Below are positions 37,687 to 49,707 of a stretch of DNA of 64,000 nt, piece by piece. This DNA comes from Pseudomonadales bacterium (lineage in GTDB: Bacteria; Pseudomonadota; Gammaproteobacteria; Pseudomonadales; Azotimanducaceae), in assembly GCA_007122315.1 (NCBI GenBank), contig SKUB01000153.1, positions 7,450-71,449 of the forward strand, given 5' to 3'. Position 1 is the stretch's first letter, and each line of letters starts with the position of its first letter. The translations under genes and the position numbers were made by a program. The notes under the pieces were generated by a model that saw only the letters and a list, made by a program, of their open reading frames with translations, had not been told where the DNA came from and searched no databases.

Positions 37687-38364
37687 TCAGCGCAGCTGGA
37701 CGTTCACTTCGCCCACGCCCACCTTGATGTCCACTCGATGCTCGCCAGCGCCCCTGCTGCGGGCGGTTTCGGTCACGATCTTGCGCGATTCGACCGAGTC
37801 GTCGCCACCGGAGATGCGGGCCGAACCCACGCCCGATGTGGCCGCGATCCTGCCAATGGCTGACTTCGACAGCTGCAGATCGACTTCGCCGACGCCGAGT
37901 CTGACGTCCAGATCGCCTCCGGCAAGTTCGCCCCGAATCTCGCCGACACCGAGCTGCACGTCGACTGCGCCCATTCGGGGCAGCTCGACGATCCAGTCGG
38001 CCTTGGCGTCCGCCTCCTCGAAGCTCAGCTGCAGTCGGGATCCACGGCGGTCGATATCGAGTTCCATCTCGGAAACGTCGGCCCTGCGGCGCAGGAGACC
38101 CGTGCGGCTGCCCTCGATGTCCAGGCGGACCGTGATGGCGTCGCCCTGGCCTTCGCGAAGCTGCACGGTGCCGACGGCGGCGCGAATGACCACCGCTTCG
38201 ACGCCGTCCGGGTCGATGCTGTACTCCCTCACGGCTTCGGATGCCGCAGTCGCCGACGTGGCGATGAGCGCGCCGATGGTGAGCGTCAGGCAGAGGATGA
38301 GGCCTCGAACCGCGGCTGCGGCGGACTGTCCGAGGCGGTTGTGCAGGTCGTTCTGGCTGGTCAT
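37687..38364 (-). CDS. secreted repeat protein (DUF4097/putative-adhesin-like)
   Basis: N-terminal signal/anchor. It has repeated (V/L)GVGE(V/I) strands: VDVQLGVGEIRG, LDVRLGVGEVDLQL, DIKVGVGEVNVQL. Confidence 0.5.
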   Translation of the reverse strand: MTSQNDLHNRLGQSAAAAVRGLILCLTLTIGALIATSATAASEAVREYSIDPDGVEAVVIRAAVGTVQLREGQGDAITVRLDIEGSRTGLLRRRADVSEMELDIDRRGSRLQLSFEEADAKADWIVELPRMGAVDVQLGVGEIRGELAGGDLDVRLGVGEVDLQLSKSAIGRIAATSGVGSARISGGDDSVESRKIVTETARSRGAGEHRVDIKVGVGEVNVQLR

Positions 38365-38526
38365 GTCTGAACCCTCTCTCCGGCAGGCGTCGATGCCTAT
38401 GGGCCAGGGCTTAGCGAACCCCGTGCCAGGTTGAGAGTGTTCTTTGCAATCAATGCCTTACGGAACCCGGACGCCTCGCCGAGTGGTGCTTGAGCGCATT
38501 TATTGGTGATTCTGGCCAGAGCGCGC

Positions 38527-39690
38527 TCAGGGCGACTCCGGTACGCCCGCACCCGGATCGGAGCGCGGCGTGTGGCCGTCCCGGGTCTGTTCGCGGACCA
38601 CGAACTGCCGGCCGAACCAGCGGAACGTGCCGTCTCCGTAGGGCGCGGTGCAGTTGATGCGGGCGCGGCCGGGAGGGAACGCCGACTGTGGCACCACGGT
38701 CAGGCGGCGACCGTCCCGCTCGATGCTGGCCTCGATACCTCCAGATGGGAAACAGCCCACCTGCCCGGGCTGCACGGCAGGATCGTCCAAGGTAAACTCG
38801 AATTGGGGCGGATTATTGCGCACTACCAGGCTGTCGCTGGGTGAAATGTCCCGTACCGGCAGCGGCTTGGTATGGATGCGCTCCTCGAAGCGGTCCATGC
38901 GGCCCCAGTTCTCGTTCATGGCGAAGCGCGGCAGCTCGAAGCGGGGCTCGTCCACGTGGGCGACGCCCGAGTGCTGACCGAAGGCGGCACGGAAATCAAA
39001 GGACTGGACCACCTCGAGCACCGCGTTGCTGTATTCGCCGAACGGATAGGCGTAGAGGTCGGGTACGTGGCCGAGTTCTGCCTCGAAGCGCGCGCTGGCC
39101 CGCGCGGTGTCATGGCGATTGGTTGCGGAGTCGTGGTCCGGCATGTGGTGGTGGGCGCCGGAGTGATGGCCGATGGTCACCAGCGGATCCGCATCGAGAT
39201 CGCGAATGTCGTCCCAACTCATGAAGTCGCCGAGACGGCGATCCGGTTGATCGGTGGTCACGAACAGGGTCCACGGCATGTTCGCCGCTTCGAGCAGGGG
39301 GCGGGCCACCTCGAAGGCGGAGCGATAGGCATCGTCGACGGTGATGCCCACGGTACGCGGCGGCAGCGGTTCGCCGCGCTCGAAGTGATCGATGATCTTG
39401 GGCAGTGGCAGGACGTTGAAGCCGTGCTCCTGAAGGTAGGCGATGTGGGCCTCGAACTGCTCGACGCGAATGCTGGTGGCTGGATACCGGTCTTCACCGA
39501 AGCGGTGATACATGAGCAGCACCGCGTGGTGCTGGCCGTCGCCGCTGCTGGCGCGGGCAGGTCGTGCCGGGGTCGCAGCCGACGTCGGCTCCGGACGGGC
39601 GCCGTCCATTACACCTGTCTGCCAGGCGAGGACGACCAAGCCGAACAGGACGACTACGGCGATGGCGATCAGGGCGTTGCGGCCGGGCAT
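38527..39690 (-). CDS. polysaccharide deacetylase (NodB-homology) family protein
   Basis: N-terminal TM, then LLMYHRFG..., TVDDAYRS, and HSGAHHHM. ATG 39690 has AGGA upstream. Confidence 0.75.
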   Translation of the reverse strand: MPGRNALIAIAVVVLFGLVVLAWQTGVMDGARPEPTSAATPARPARASSGDGQHHAVLLMYHRFGEDRYPATSIRVEQFEAHIAYLQEHGFNVLPLPKIIDHFERGEPLPPRTVGITVDDAYRSAFEVARPLLEAANMPWTLFVTTDQPDRRLGDFMSWDDIRDLDADPLVTIGHHSGAHHHMPDHDSATNRHDTARASARFEAELGHVPDLYAYPFGEYSNAVLEVVQSFDFRAAFGQHSGVAHVDEPRFELPRFAMNENWGRMDRFEERIHTKPLPVRDISPSDSLVVRNNPPQFEFTLDDPAVQPGQVGCFPSGGIEASIERDGRRLTVVPQSAFPPGRARINCTAPYGDGTFRWFGRQFVVREQTRDGHTPRSDPGAGVPESP

Positions 39691-39821
39691 GGTTGGGTTC
39701 CTGTGCAACGAGACGGTATGGTGGGCAGCCTCGGGTCAAAGGCTGCCAGCGCCTGAAGTTACCACGCGGTTTCTATCGGCGCCGAAGCAGAGCCATGGCC
39801 GCACGCCGATTAGGACGCACC

Positions 39822-42800
39822 ATGAGAGCCTTGTTGCTGATGCTGGCCGCCGCGCTGGCTTTTACTTCGAACGCGTTCGCGGACGCTGCGGACGCCAATG
39901 AAGCAGATGATGCGAAGTGGTCCTTGACCGAGCCCCCGGGCGAGTGGCGCAGCGTGACCATCGACACCGAAACCGTGACCTGGGCGGACGTGGACGTCAG
40001 TCCCGACGGGCGCACCCTGGTTTTTCACGCCCTCGGCGACATCTACACCGTCCCCACCGAGGGTGGCGACGCCAGGGCGCTGACGGCGGATCTGGCCTGG
40101 AACTTCCAGCCCACGTTCAGTCCCGATGGTCGTCGCGTCGCGTTCATCAGCGATCGCGGCGGCGCGGAGAACGTCTGGCTGATGAATGCGGATGGTTCCG
40201 ATCCTGAGGCAGTCACCACGGAACGGGAAAACATTCTGCACAATCCCGCGTTCTCGCCGGACGGTGAGTTCATTGCCGCGCGCAAGGCGTATCACTCCCG
40301 CCGCAGCATCCCGGCCGGCAGCATCTGGCTCTATCACCGCAGCGGCGGCAGCGGCACCGAAGCGGTGGAGCGGCTGCACGGAGAGGACTCCCAGAAGAAC
40401 ATCGCGGAACCGGCATTCTCGCCGGATGGACGCTATCTGTACTACAGCCAGGACGTGACGTCCGGGCAGGTGTGGCAGTACAACAAGGATGCCACAGAAG
40501 GTCTGTTCGCCATCAAGCGTCTCGATCTCGAAACCGGGGAGACGCTCGATCTGGTGTCCGGTCCCGGCGGCGCCATTCGCCCGATTCCGTCTCCTGACGG
40601 CACGCAACTGGCGTTCGTTCGCCGTCAGGCCCGCACGCTGGCAAGTCAGCTCGTCGTCCGCGATCTGGCCAGTGGGCGCGAGACTGTACTCGACGGAGCG
40701 CTGGATCGGGACAAGCAGGAAACCAGCGGCGACATGGGCAACTACCCGCGGTTCTCCTGGCTGCCCGACAGCGACGGCCTGGTCTACTGGGCGCGTGGCG
40801 GCTTCCACCGGGTCGGGATGGACGGCGTGAGTCAGGCCATTCCGGTGCGGGTGCAGGCCGAGAAGTCCGTGCATCCGGCTCAGCGCGTGGAAGTGGCGGT
40901 GGCGCCCGACGACGTCGACGTGCGCATGCAGCGCTGGACGCAGTACAGCCCGGACGGCCGACTGGCCCTGTCCCAGGCCCTGGGCTACATCTGGATCCAC
41001 GACATCGAGCGTGGTGATCGTCGGCGCCTGACCGAGCAGACCAATCACTTCGAATTCCATCCCCGCTTCTCGCCGGATGGTCGCTCCGTGGTGTTCACCA
41101 CCTGGAGTGAAGCGGAGCTCGGGAGCGTGCGCATCGAGCCGGTGGGGCGGGGGCGCGGGCGCGTGCTGACCCGGGAGCCGGGACACTACGTCGAACCTGC
41201 GTTCTCCAACGACGGCCGTCAGGTGGCGTTCCGCAAGATCACCGGCGGCTTCCTGATCTCGCCTTTGTACTCGGAGCGGGCCGGCCTCTATCGCGTGCCG
41301 GCCGATGCGGGCGCTGAACCGGTGCGGGTGCTCGACCGTGGCGTGGCCCCACAGTTCTCGGCTGACGGCAGCCGCCTGCTGTTCAGTGAGCGCTCGGGTC
41401 GGGAGCTGCGTCTGAAGAGCGTGAACCTCGACGGGCATGACGAGCGTCAGCATTACAGCGGGGAATGGGTCACCGAGTACCGGCTGTCGCCCGACGGGCG
41501 CTGGCTGGCGTTTCAGGAGCATCACAAGGCCTGGGTGACGCCGTTCGTGGCAGCAGGCAAGTCGCTGAGCCTGAGCGGGGATTCCAGATCGTTCCCGGTC
41601 CGGCAGGTCTCGGCGCGGGCGGGCAGCGGCCTGCATTGGTCTGCGGACGGCGAACGCCTGCGCTGGTCCCATGCCGCGCACCTCTTTGAGCGCAGTCTCA
41701 GCGACGCCTTCGCGTTTGTCGACGGCGCCCCGGAAGAGCTCCCCGAGCCGCTCGCGGAAGGCCGCGATCTGACCTTCAGCGTCCCAGCAGACCGTCCGTC
41801 CGGGCGGTTGGCCCTGGTGGGCGGCACGGTGGTGACCATGCGCGATGCCTACGCCGAGCAGGAGATCATCGAGGATGGCGTGGTCCTGATCCGTGACAAC
41901 CGTATCGAGGCGGTTGGCCCTCGCGATGAGATGTCGATTCCCGATGGCGTCCGCACGATCGATGTCAGCGGTCACACGGTCATTCCCGGACTCATCGACG
42001 TTCACGCTCACGGCGCCATGAGCCGTGAGCAGCTGCAGCCGCGACAGAACTGGATGCAGTACGCCAACCTGGCGTTCGGCGTCACCACGCTGCATGACCC
42101 GTCCAACGACACCGATGCCATCTTTTCCATGGCGGAGTTGCAGCGCACCGGAGCGACCGTTGCGCCGCGCATCTTCTCCACCGGCCGCATTCTCTATGCC
42201 GCCCTCAGTCCAGGAGCCACGGCGAAGATCGACAGTCTGGAGGACGCCGAATTCCATGTGCGGCGCATGCAGGAAGCCGGCGCCATCTCCGTGAAGAGCT
42301 ACAACTATCTGCGCCGGGAGCAGCGGCAGCAGGTGCTCGAGGCTGCGCGCGGACTGGGCATGATGGTGTTCCCCGAGGGCGGCATGCGCTTCGAGCAGAA
42401 CCTGTCGCAGATCGTCGACGGCCACACCGGCCTAGAGCATTCGGTGTCGGTGCAGCATCTCTACGACGATGTCCTGCAGCTCTGGGAACACCAGCGCGAT
42501 GTCGGCTACTCACCCACGTTCAGCGTCGCTTATGGCGGCTTGTTCGGCGAAGAGTACTGGTATGACCGGACCGAAGTCTGGAACAACGAACACCTGCTGC
42601 GGTTCACGCCGCGCAGCGTCCTGTATCCCCGTGCGATCCGGCGCAGTACCGCACCGGACGAGCACTACAACCACTTCTATGTGGCGGCCGGTGCAAAGGC
42701 GCTGAACGACCGCGGGGTACGGGTCATGATCGGCGCGCATGGTCAGCGCGCGGGCCTCGCTGCGCATTGGGAGATGTGGATGATGGAGCAGGGTGGTTTC

Positions 42801-43133
42801 TCGCCGTTCGAGGCCATCCGCGGCGCCACCATCGACGGCGCCCACTACCTGGGCATGGACGCGGACATCGGCTCCATCGAGGAGGGCAAGCTGGCAGATC
42901 TGGTGGTGATCGAAGGCGATCCCTTAAGTGACCTGAGGCGATCGGAGGACGTGCGCTACGTGATGCAGAACGGCCGCCTCTACGATGCCGAACGCATGGA
43001 TCAGATCGCGCCGGATCGAGTGGAGCGCGAGCCGTTTTATTTCGAGGAACCGGGCGGTGACGTCTGGCGCGCGGACACGATGCGCGAGGTGCACAACCTT
43101 GGCATCGAGCATGGCTGGCATTGCGTGCATTGA
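39822..43133 (+). CDS. secreted TolB-like (PD40) beta-propeller + amidohydrolase fusion protein
   Basis: AGGA lies 9 nt upstream of ATG 39822. Signal peptide MRALLLMLAAALAFTSNAFA. It has multiple PD40-like repeats (FSPDGRRVAFISDRGG, FSPDGRYLYYS, PSPDGTQLAFV, FSPDGRSVVFT, LSPDGRWLAF). The C-terminal metal-dependent amidohydrolase has PGLIDVHAH and a GADIGSIEEGKLADLVV-type tail. Confidence 0.8.
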   Translation: MRALLLMLAAALAFTSNAFADAADANEADDAKWSLTEPPGEWRSVTIDTETVTWADVDVSPDGRTLVFHALGDIYTVPTEGGDARALTADLAWNFQPTFSPDGRRVAFISDRGGAENVWLMNADGSDPEAVTTERENILHNPAFSPDGEFIAARKAYHSRRSIPAGSIWLYHRSGGSGTEAVERLHGEDSQKNIAEPAFSPDGRYLYYSQDVTSGQVWQYNKDATEGLFAIKRLDLETGETLDLVSGPGGAIRPIPSPDGTQLAFVRRQARTLASQLVVRDLASGRETVLDGALDRDKQETSGDMGNYPRFSWLPDSDGLVYWARGGFHRVGMDGVSQAIPVRVQAEKSVHPAQRVEVAVAPDDVDVRMQRWTQYSPDGRLALSQALGYIWIHDIERGDRRRLTEQTNHFEFHPRFSPDGRSVVFTTWSEAELGSVRIEPVGRGRGRVLTREPGHYVEPAFSNDGRQVAFRKITGGFLISPLYSERAGLYRVPADAGAEPVRVLDRGVAPQFSADGSRLLFSERSGRELRLKSVNLDGHDERQHYSGEWVTEYRLSPDGRWLAFQEHHKAWVTPFVAAGKSLSLSGDSRSFPVRQVSARAGSGLHWSADGERLRWSHAAHLFERSLSDAFAFVDGAPEELPEPLAEGRDLTFSVPADRPSGRLALVGGTVVTMRDAYAEQEIIEDGVVLIRDNRIEAVGPRDEMSIPDGVRTIDVSGHTVIPGLIDVHAHGAMSREQLQPRQNWMQYANLAFGVTTLHDPSNDTDAIFSMAELQRTGATVAPRIFSTGRILYAALSPGATAKIDSLEDAEFHVRRMQEAGAISVKSYNYLRREQRQQVLEAARGLGMMVFPEGGMRFEQNLSQIVDGHTGLEHSVSVQHLYDDVLQLWEHQRDVGYSPTFSVAYGGLFGEEYWYDRTEVWNNEHLLRFTPRSVLYPRAIRRSTAPDEHYNHFYVAAGAKALNDRGVRVMIGAHGQRAGLAAHWEMWMMEQGGFSPFEAIRGATIDGAHYLGMDADIGSIEEGKLADLVVIEGDPLSDLRRSEDVRYVMQNGRLYDAERMDQIAPDRVEREPFYFEEPGGDVWRADTMREVHNLGIEHGWHCVH

Positions 43134-43193
43134 CGTGACGCGTCACAACACAGCCGCCGTACCGTCTCCGGCGCGGGCACGCTGCCATCCTCG

Positions 43194-43766
43194 TCATCCC
43201 AGCAGGTCGCGAGCCCAATGCGGCAGCGGATCGGCCAGGAAAACGCGCGCTTGCCCCTTGAGCACCGCGACGCGCTCGAACGGTGACGTAGCGCTCGAGT
43301 TATCGAGGATGTGCACCTGATCGCATAGCGGGAATGCCTTGCGCAGATTCTCGAGAGTGCGAGGAATCCGACTGACCACCTTGTCGGGGGGAACCGAATG
43401 GCCTCCTTCACTGACGCGCTGAGCGACGCGCGCCTGATTCAGCGTCGGGCTTTCGAGATGAACGACGACCAGGATGATCTCGTAGCCTGCCGCCTTGGCA
43501 TCGGCCACGAAGTCGACTTTGGAGGGATGGGAGAAGACGGTCTCGAAGCAGAACGACTTGCGCTCCCGCAACAGCTGGCGACGCAGATGCTCGACAAGCT
43601 GTGCCGCCTGGTAGCTGTGCTGTTCAGGGGCTGTCGGATCGATCTGCCGCGCAATCTCGTCGGCATTGGCGAAGAGCACACGACGCGGCTCGAGGAACTG
43701 ACGGTAGAACGTGGTCTTCCCCGCGCCATTGCCGCCGGCGAGCACCCACAGCTGCGGGCGGGTCAT
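43194..43766 (-). CDS. zeta-toxin family P-loop kinase
   Basis: Walker A LAGGNGAGKTTF, about 190 aa. The ETVFSHPSK...GYEIILVVVHLES layout is typical of zeta/PezT-like toxins. Confidence 0.7.
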   Translation of the reverse strand: MTRPQLWVLAGGNGAGKTTFYRQFLEPRRVLFANADEIARQIDPTAPEQHSYQAAQLVEHLRRQLLRERKSFCFETVFSHPSKVDFVADAKAAGYEIILVVVHLESPTLNQARVAQRVSEGGHSVPPDKVVSRIPRTLENLRKAFPLCDQVHILDNSSATSPFERVAVLKGQARVFLADPLPHWARDLLG

Positions 43767-44158
43767 CCAGCCTCGCGCGGCTGAAACTCACCGTCCTCGA
43801 ATTGACCGACGGTCACCCGACCACCCGGATCGATCCGCTCCAGGAGCCCGGGATGTGCCTGACTGGCCTGGTATCGGACCCGAGCCTCAGTCACTTGATC
43901 GGCCAGTGTCGGCCGTCGCTCCTCGAGCTCAGCGAAGACATCGTCGATGTCCACCGGCCCGACATCGGGCGCAGTGACCGACAGCAGGCCAGAGCGCAGC
44001 CCTGCCGCCTGCTCACGGGTCACCAGGCCGTCGACCGCTCGGCCGAGCTCCACCCAGAACTCGATCTGCTTGCGGGTGGACCGATGCTGGCGCTTGGCTT
44101 CCCGGGTCGCCTCCGCCATCAGGTCCGGATCCAGCCGTACGGGGCCGTGATTGCCCAT
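43763..44158 (-). CDS. ParD-like antitoxin (N-terminal ParD_like domain plus C-terminal extension)
   Basis: VRLDPDLMAEATREAKRQHRSTRKQIEFWVELGRAVD matches my memory of the ParD-like antitoxin family. Its stop overlaps the toxin start (ATGA). GGAG lies 8 nt upstream of ATG 44158. Confidence 0.6.
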   Translation of the reverse strand: MGNHGPVRLDPDLMAEATREAKRQHRSTRKQIEFWVELGRAVDGLVTREQAAGLRSGLLSVTAPDVGPVDIDDVFAELEERRPTLADQVTEARVRYQASQAHPGLLERIDPGGRVTVGQFEDGEFQPREAG

Positions 44159-44172
44159 GACTGCACTCCAGC

Positions 44173-44218
44173 GTAGTAAAGTGCATCTAAACGTAGCGTT
44201 TTGCTACAATCTCGTCAA
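44173..44218 (-). promoter_or_regulatory. candidate TA promoter TTGACG-N17-TACGTT with flanking inverted repeat GTAGyAAA
   Basis: The minus strand reads TTGACG (44218-13), a 17-nt spacer, then TACGTT (44195-90). GTAGTAAA (44173-80) and TTTGCTAC (44200-07) form a 7/8 inverted repeat bracketing the -10. AACGtagCGTT lies between them. Confidence 0.35.
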
Positions 44219-44531
44219 TTGAGGATAGGGTCGAACCCGGAAGGTGTCCCGCCGGTGGGAAGGCTGACGGCACAAAACAGGCGCAACGCTGCACCTGGAT
44301 CCAGCGACTTCGAGGGACCGCCGGAGCTTGAGAACAGGGAGTGGCTCGACAGGCCGATCCCGTCGCGCCATGCTCGCTCTGTCGTGGTGTGCTGGGTGGT
44401 TCGCGGTCCGACCATGTAGGGTCGGATGGCCTGCCGACCGCACGCGGTCTCGCCTACAGTCCGGGCGCACCCGGATGCCGAGTTCGCCCGCTCACGTCGC
44501 GATTGGGTGATCTTTTGGGGCGGCGCAACGC

Positions 44532-44618
44532 TGGTGCCGGAGGTGGGACTTGAACCCACACGGCCTTGCGGCCACCGGATTTTGAGTCCGGCGCGTCTAC
44601 CAATTCCACCACTCCGGC
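44532..44618 (-). tRNA. tRNA-Leu (anticodon CAA), 87 nt with encoded CCA
   Basis: The reverse complement is GCCGGAGTGGTGGAATTGGTAGACGCGCCGGACTCAAAATCCGGTGGCCGCAAGGCCGTGTGGGTTCAAGTCCCACCTCCGGCACCA. It has a 7-bp acceptor stem (GCCGGAG/CTCCGGC), anticodon loop CTCAAAA, a long variable arm, and T-arm GTGGGTTCAAGTCCCAC. Confidence 0.92.
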
Positions 44619-44628
44619 GCGGAGGCGG

Positions 44629-44657
44629 AGCATAGCGATGCCCGCGTCCGGTCACAA
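44629..44657 (-). promoter_or_regulatory. candidate tRNA-Leu promoter TTGTGA-N17-TATGCT
   Basis: The minus strand reads TTGTGA (44657-52), a 17-nt spacer, then TATGCT (44634-29). This ends 10 nt upstream of the mature tRNA 5' end. Confidence 0.35.
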
Positions 44658-44779
44658 TCCCGGCCTCCGTCCAAGCGCCGCACTGGACGCTGGCGCCGGG
44701 CTGGTATCTCATGGCGGACTTTTCGCAGCCAGTGCTGACGCGCGCTGCGGGTCGTACAGCATTCGAGGGAGAGTTTCAG

Positions 44780-47161
44780 ATGGTGCAAGCCGGGCGACTG
44801 GGCCGGTCCTGGTGGATGGCGTTCTTGCCGGTGCTGCTGCTGGCCGGATGTGGTGGCAGCAACGACGGCACGTTCGTCGGGCGCGACACGGTGGCCATTC
44901 GAGGCGTCGTGGAAGACGGCACGTCGCCGATCGCCAATGCCTCCTGCCGTGCCATCGGACTCGATGGTCGGACGCTGCATACAGCGAACGCAGACGCGAA
45001 CGGAGCGTTCGTCCTGCTCGTGAATCCCGACGTCGACGGTTTCATCGCCTGCGCGCCTGCGAATCAGTCTGCTCTGCAGCTGCGCGCTTTTTTCACCTCT
45101 CAAGGTCAGCCCTTGGGCGGGGAGTTGCCCGGGCAGATCATCCTGCCGGAAACCACCGTCATCGCACGGCTGGTGGCCCAGGAGTTCAGCGACGACCCGG
45201 GCATCGATCCGCTGGCGCGACAGGCGGCCCTGCGCGAAGCCGTGGCCACCGATCCCGACCTGCAGCTGCTGACGGAGGCGGCGACGCTGCTGTTCAACGG
45301 CGTACGTGGCGGTGACAACGCGGATTTCGAAGCGCTGTACATGGATCTGGTGGACGACAGCGTGCTTGACGCGCCGGCCTTCGAGTCCCGCGCGGAGGCG
45401 ATCAACGAGGCTCTGGCGGAGCGCGAGACGGAACTCGGACGCACGCTGGAGCAGGCTTATCTCGCGCGCTTCCCGCCGTTCAATCTCAGCGTCCTGCATC
45501 ACTCCGGTGCTGTCGGCGCGCTGATCGACGCCGGTGCTGAGCGCGCCGAATTCGGCGGTATCGCGCGCTTCGCCACAGTGGTGGAGGACACGCGCTTCGC
45601 CAGCCGCACGTTCGGCAGCAACATTCTGGTCTCCGCCGGCGATCAGATCGGCCCCGGCCGCGTGCTGCAGCCCAGCCTGGATCGACAGGGCCGTTTCTTC
45701 GACGGTGAGGCCATGTCCAGGCTCGGCTACGCGGCTCTGGGACTCGGGCCGCGTGATCTGGCCCTTGGCCCGGTGGTGCTGGCTGATTTCCTGTCCGTGT
45801 TCTCCCCGCCGGTTCCGCTGCTGACGTCGACTCTGGACGTGACAGGTGAGCAGAACGTACTGGCGCCCATTCTCAATGAGCGGCTGCCGCCCATCCGCAT
45901 CGTGGAAGTGGGCGGGCGCCGGATCGGTCTGGTGTCGGCGACGCGACCGGATCTGGCCCGCGTGTCCAGCCCGCGTCGGCTCTCTGTCGCCCCGGCGGAT
46001 GAACTGGTGGAAGTCGTCCAGACGCAGGTGGACGCTTTGCGCACCGGGGGTGCGCGGATCGTGATCCTGCTGTCCCAGCAGGCGGATCTGGATGCGGAAC
46101 GCGCCCTGGCGGCGGCACTGGAGCACGTCGACATCATGGTGGCGGCGGGCGGTGGCAGCCTCCTGGCCGGGCCTGAGGATCTGCTGGTGCCTGGAGATGA
46201 GTCGCTGGTGGCCGGGGTCTACCCGCAGTGGGCCACCGATGCTGCGGGCCGTGAAGTACCGCTGGTGAGTACCGCGGGCCGCTATCGCTATCTCGGCCGG
46301 CTCGATGTGCGCCTCGATCCCCTTGGCCGCCTGCTCGACATCGACGAGCTGAATTCAGGGCCGATCCGGGTGGCGGATGCCAGTCTGGCCGATGGCGTGA
46401 TGCCCGATGCCGAACTGCAGGCCGAGCTCATCGATCCATTGCTCGAAGCCATCGAGGACCTTGCCACCCAGGAGGCGGCCGACGTCGAGGTGCAGTTGAA
46501 TGCCACCGCGGCGAGCCTTACCAGCGTCGAGACCAACTTCGGCAATCTGCTTGCCGACACTGTTCTCGCGCTCGCCCGCTCGCAGGCGCAGGCATTCGGC
46601 ACCGTGAATCCCGGCGTCGCCGTGGTGCCGGCGGAAAGCGTGATCGCTGACGCCATGATTCCGACGGGCTCTCTCAGCCGCGCAGACGTCTTCGACCTGG
46701 TCGACCCGGATGTGCTCATCACCCTGGTGCCGACGGTCACGGCCGCGGCGCTCAAGCGCCTGCTGGAGTTCGCCCTCGCCGATGGCGGTGGTCCGGAGTT
46801 CCTGCAGTTGGGAGGGCTGCGACTGGAGTGGGATCCGGCCGGGACCGCCCAGGTTCTGGACGAAGAGGGTGAAGTGGTCACCCCCGGGACCCGCGTGCGG
46901 GAGCTGCGACTGTCCGGTGGCGGTGTCCTGGTGGAGGCGGGTGAGGTCAGGGAAAATGCCTCGGCCGTCGCCATTGCGACCACCGACCGCACCGCGCGTC
47001 GCGTGCTGGGTCAGCCGGCATTTGGCGGTACGTCTGTGAACCTCGGTCTCAGCCTGCCTCAGGCACTGGATCGTTACCTCATCGAGGCGCTGCAGCGGCG
47101 GGTGCGCGCCAACGACTTCCCTGAGGGGGGCAGTGAACGCATCACCCGCCTCGGCGACTGA
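44780..47161 (+). CDS. lipoprotein with 5'-nucleotidase/UshA-like fold and degenerate metallophosphatase motifs
   Basis: GAGGGAGAG lies upstream of ATG 44780. Lipobox LLLAGC. An N-terminal ~100 aa region looks like a carboxypeptidase-regulatory-like beta-sandwich ([18 protein letters not shown]...ANGAFVL). It is collinear with UshA from memory, but with HHSGAVG for NDHHG, LGPRDL for GNHEF, and LLSQQAD and AAGGGS for the His motifs. The C-terminal 5'-nucleotidase domain motif [11 protein letters not shown] is retained. Confidence 0.7.
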   Translation: MVQAGRLGRSWWMAFLPVLLLAGCGGSNDGTFVGRDTVAIRGVVEDGTSPIANASCRAIGLDGRTLHTANADANGAFVLLVNPDVDGFIACAPANQSALQLRAFFTSQGQPLGGELPGQIILPETTVIARLVAQEFSDDPGIDPLARQAALREAVATDPDLQLLTEAATLLFNGVRGGDNADFEALYMDLVDDSVLDAPAFESRAEAINEALAERETELGRTLEQAYLARFPPFNLSVLHHSGAVGALIDAGAERAEFGGIARFATVVEDTRFASRTFGSNILVSAGDQIGPGRVLQPSLDRQGRFFDGEAMSRLGYAALGLGPRDLALGPVVLADFLSVFSPPVPLLTSTLDVTGEQNVLAPILNERLPPIRIVEVGGRRIGLVSATRPDLARVSSPRRLSVAPADELVEVVQTQVDALRTGGARIVILLSQQADLDAERALAAALEHVDIMVAAGGGSLLAGPEDLLVPGDESLVAGVYPQWATDAAGREVPLVSTAGRYRYLGRLDVRLDPLGRLLDIDELNSGPIRVADASLADGVMPDAELQAELIDPLLEAIEDLATQEAADVEVQLNATAASLTSVETNFGNLLADTVLALARSQAQAFGTVNPGVAVVPAESVIADAMIPTGSLSRADVFDLVDPDVLITLVPTVTAAALKRLLEFALADGGGPEFLQLGGLRLEWDPAGTAQVLDEEGEVVTPGTRVRELRLSGGGVLVEAGEVRENASAVAIATTDRTARRVLGQPAFGGTSVNLGLSLPQALDRYLIEALQRRVRANDFPEGGSERITRLGD

Positions 47162-47174
47162 GCCGCCTTCGGCC

Positions 47175-49706
<2,532 letters not shown>

Positions 49707-49707
<1 letters not shown>

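Noticed and set aside
39810-42425. An 871-aa minus-strand ORF. Similar cases are 26803..28533 (+), 44597..46126 (-), 46355..47611 (-), 49638..51674 (-), 55139..56638 (-), 56978..58171 (-), 58672..59931 (-) and 59840..61105 (-).
   Set aside because: Each is the antisense shadow of a confidently identified gene (amidohydrolase fusion, pepA, 5'-nucleotidase-like, secD, iscS, rlmN, rodZ, hisS). None has a recognisable motif.
44228-44238. GGGTCGAACCC, a tRNA T-arm-like fragment that might mark an att site or tRNA remnant.
   Set aside because: The flanks do not match the tRNA-Leu 3' half or form a cloverleaf. No second copy of the tRNA 3' end was found by eye near 43.1-43.2 kb.
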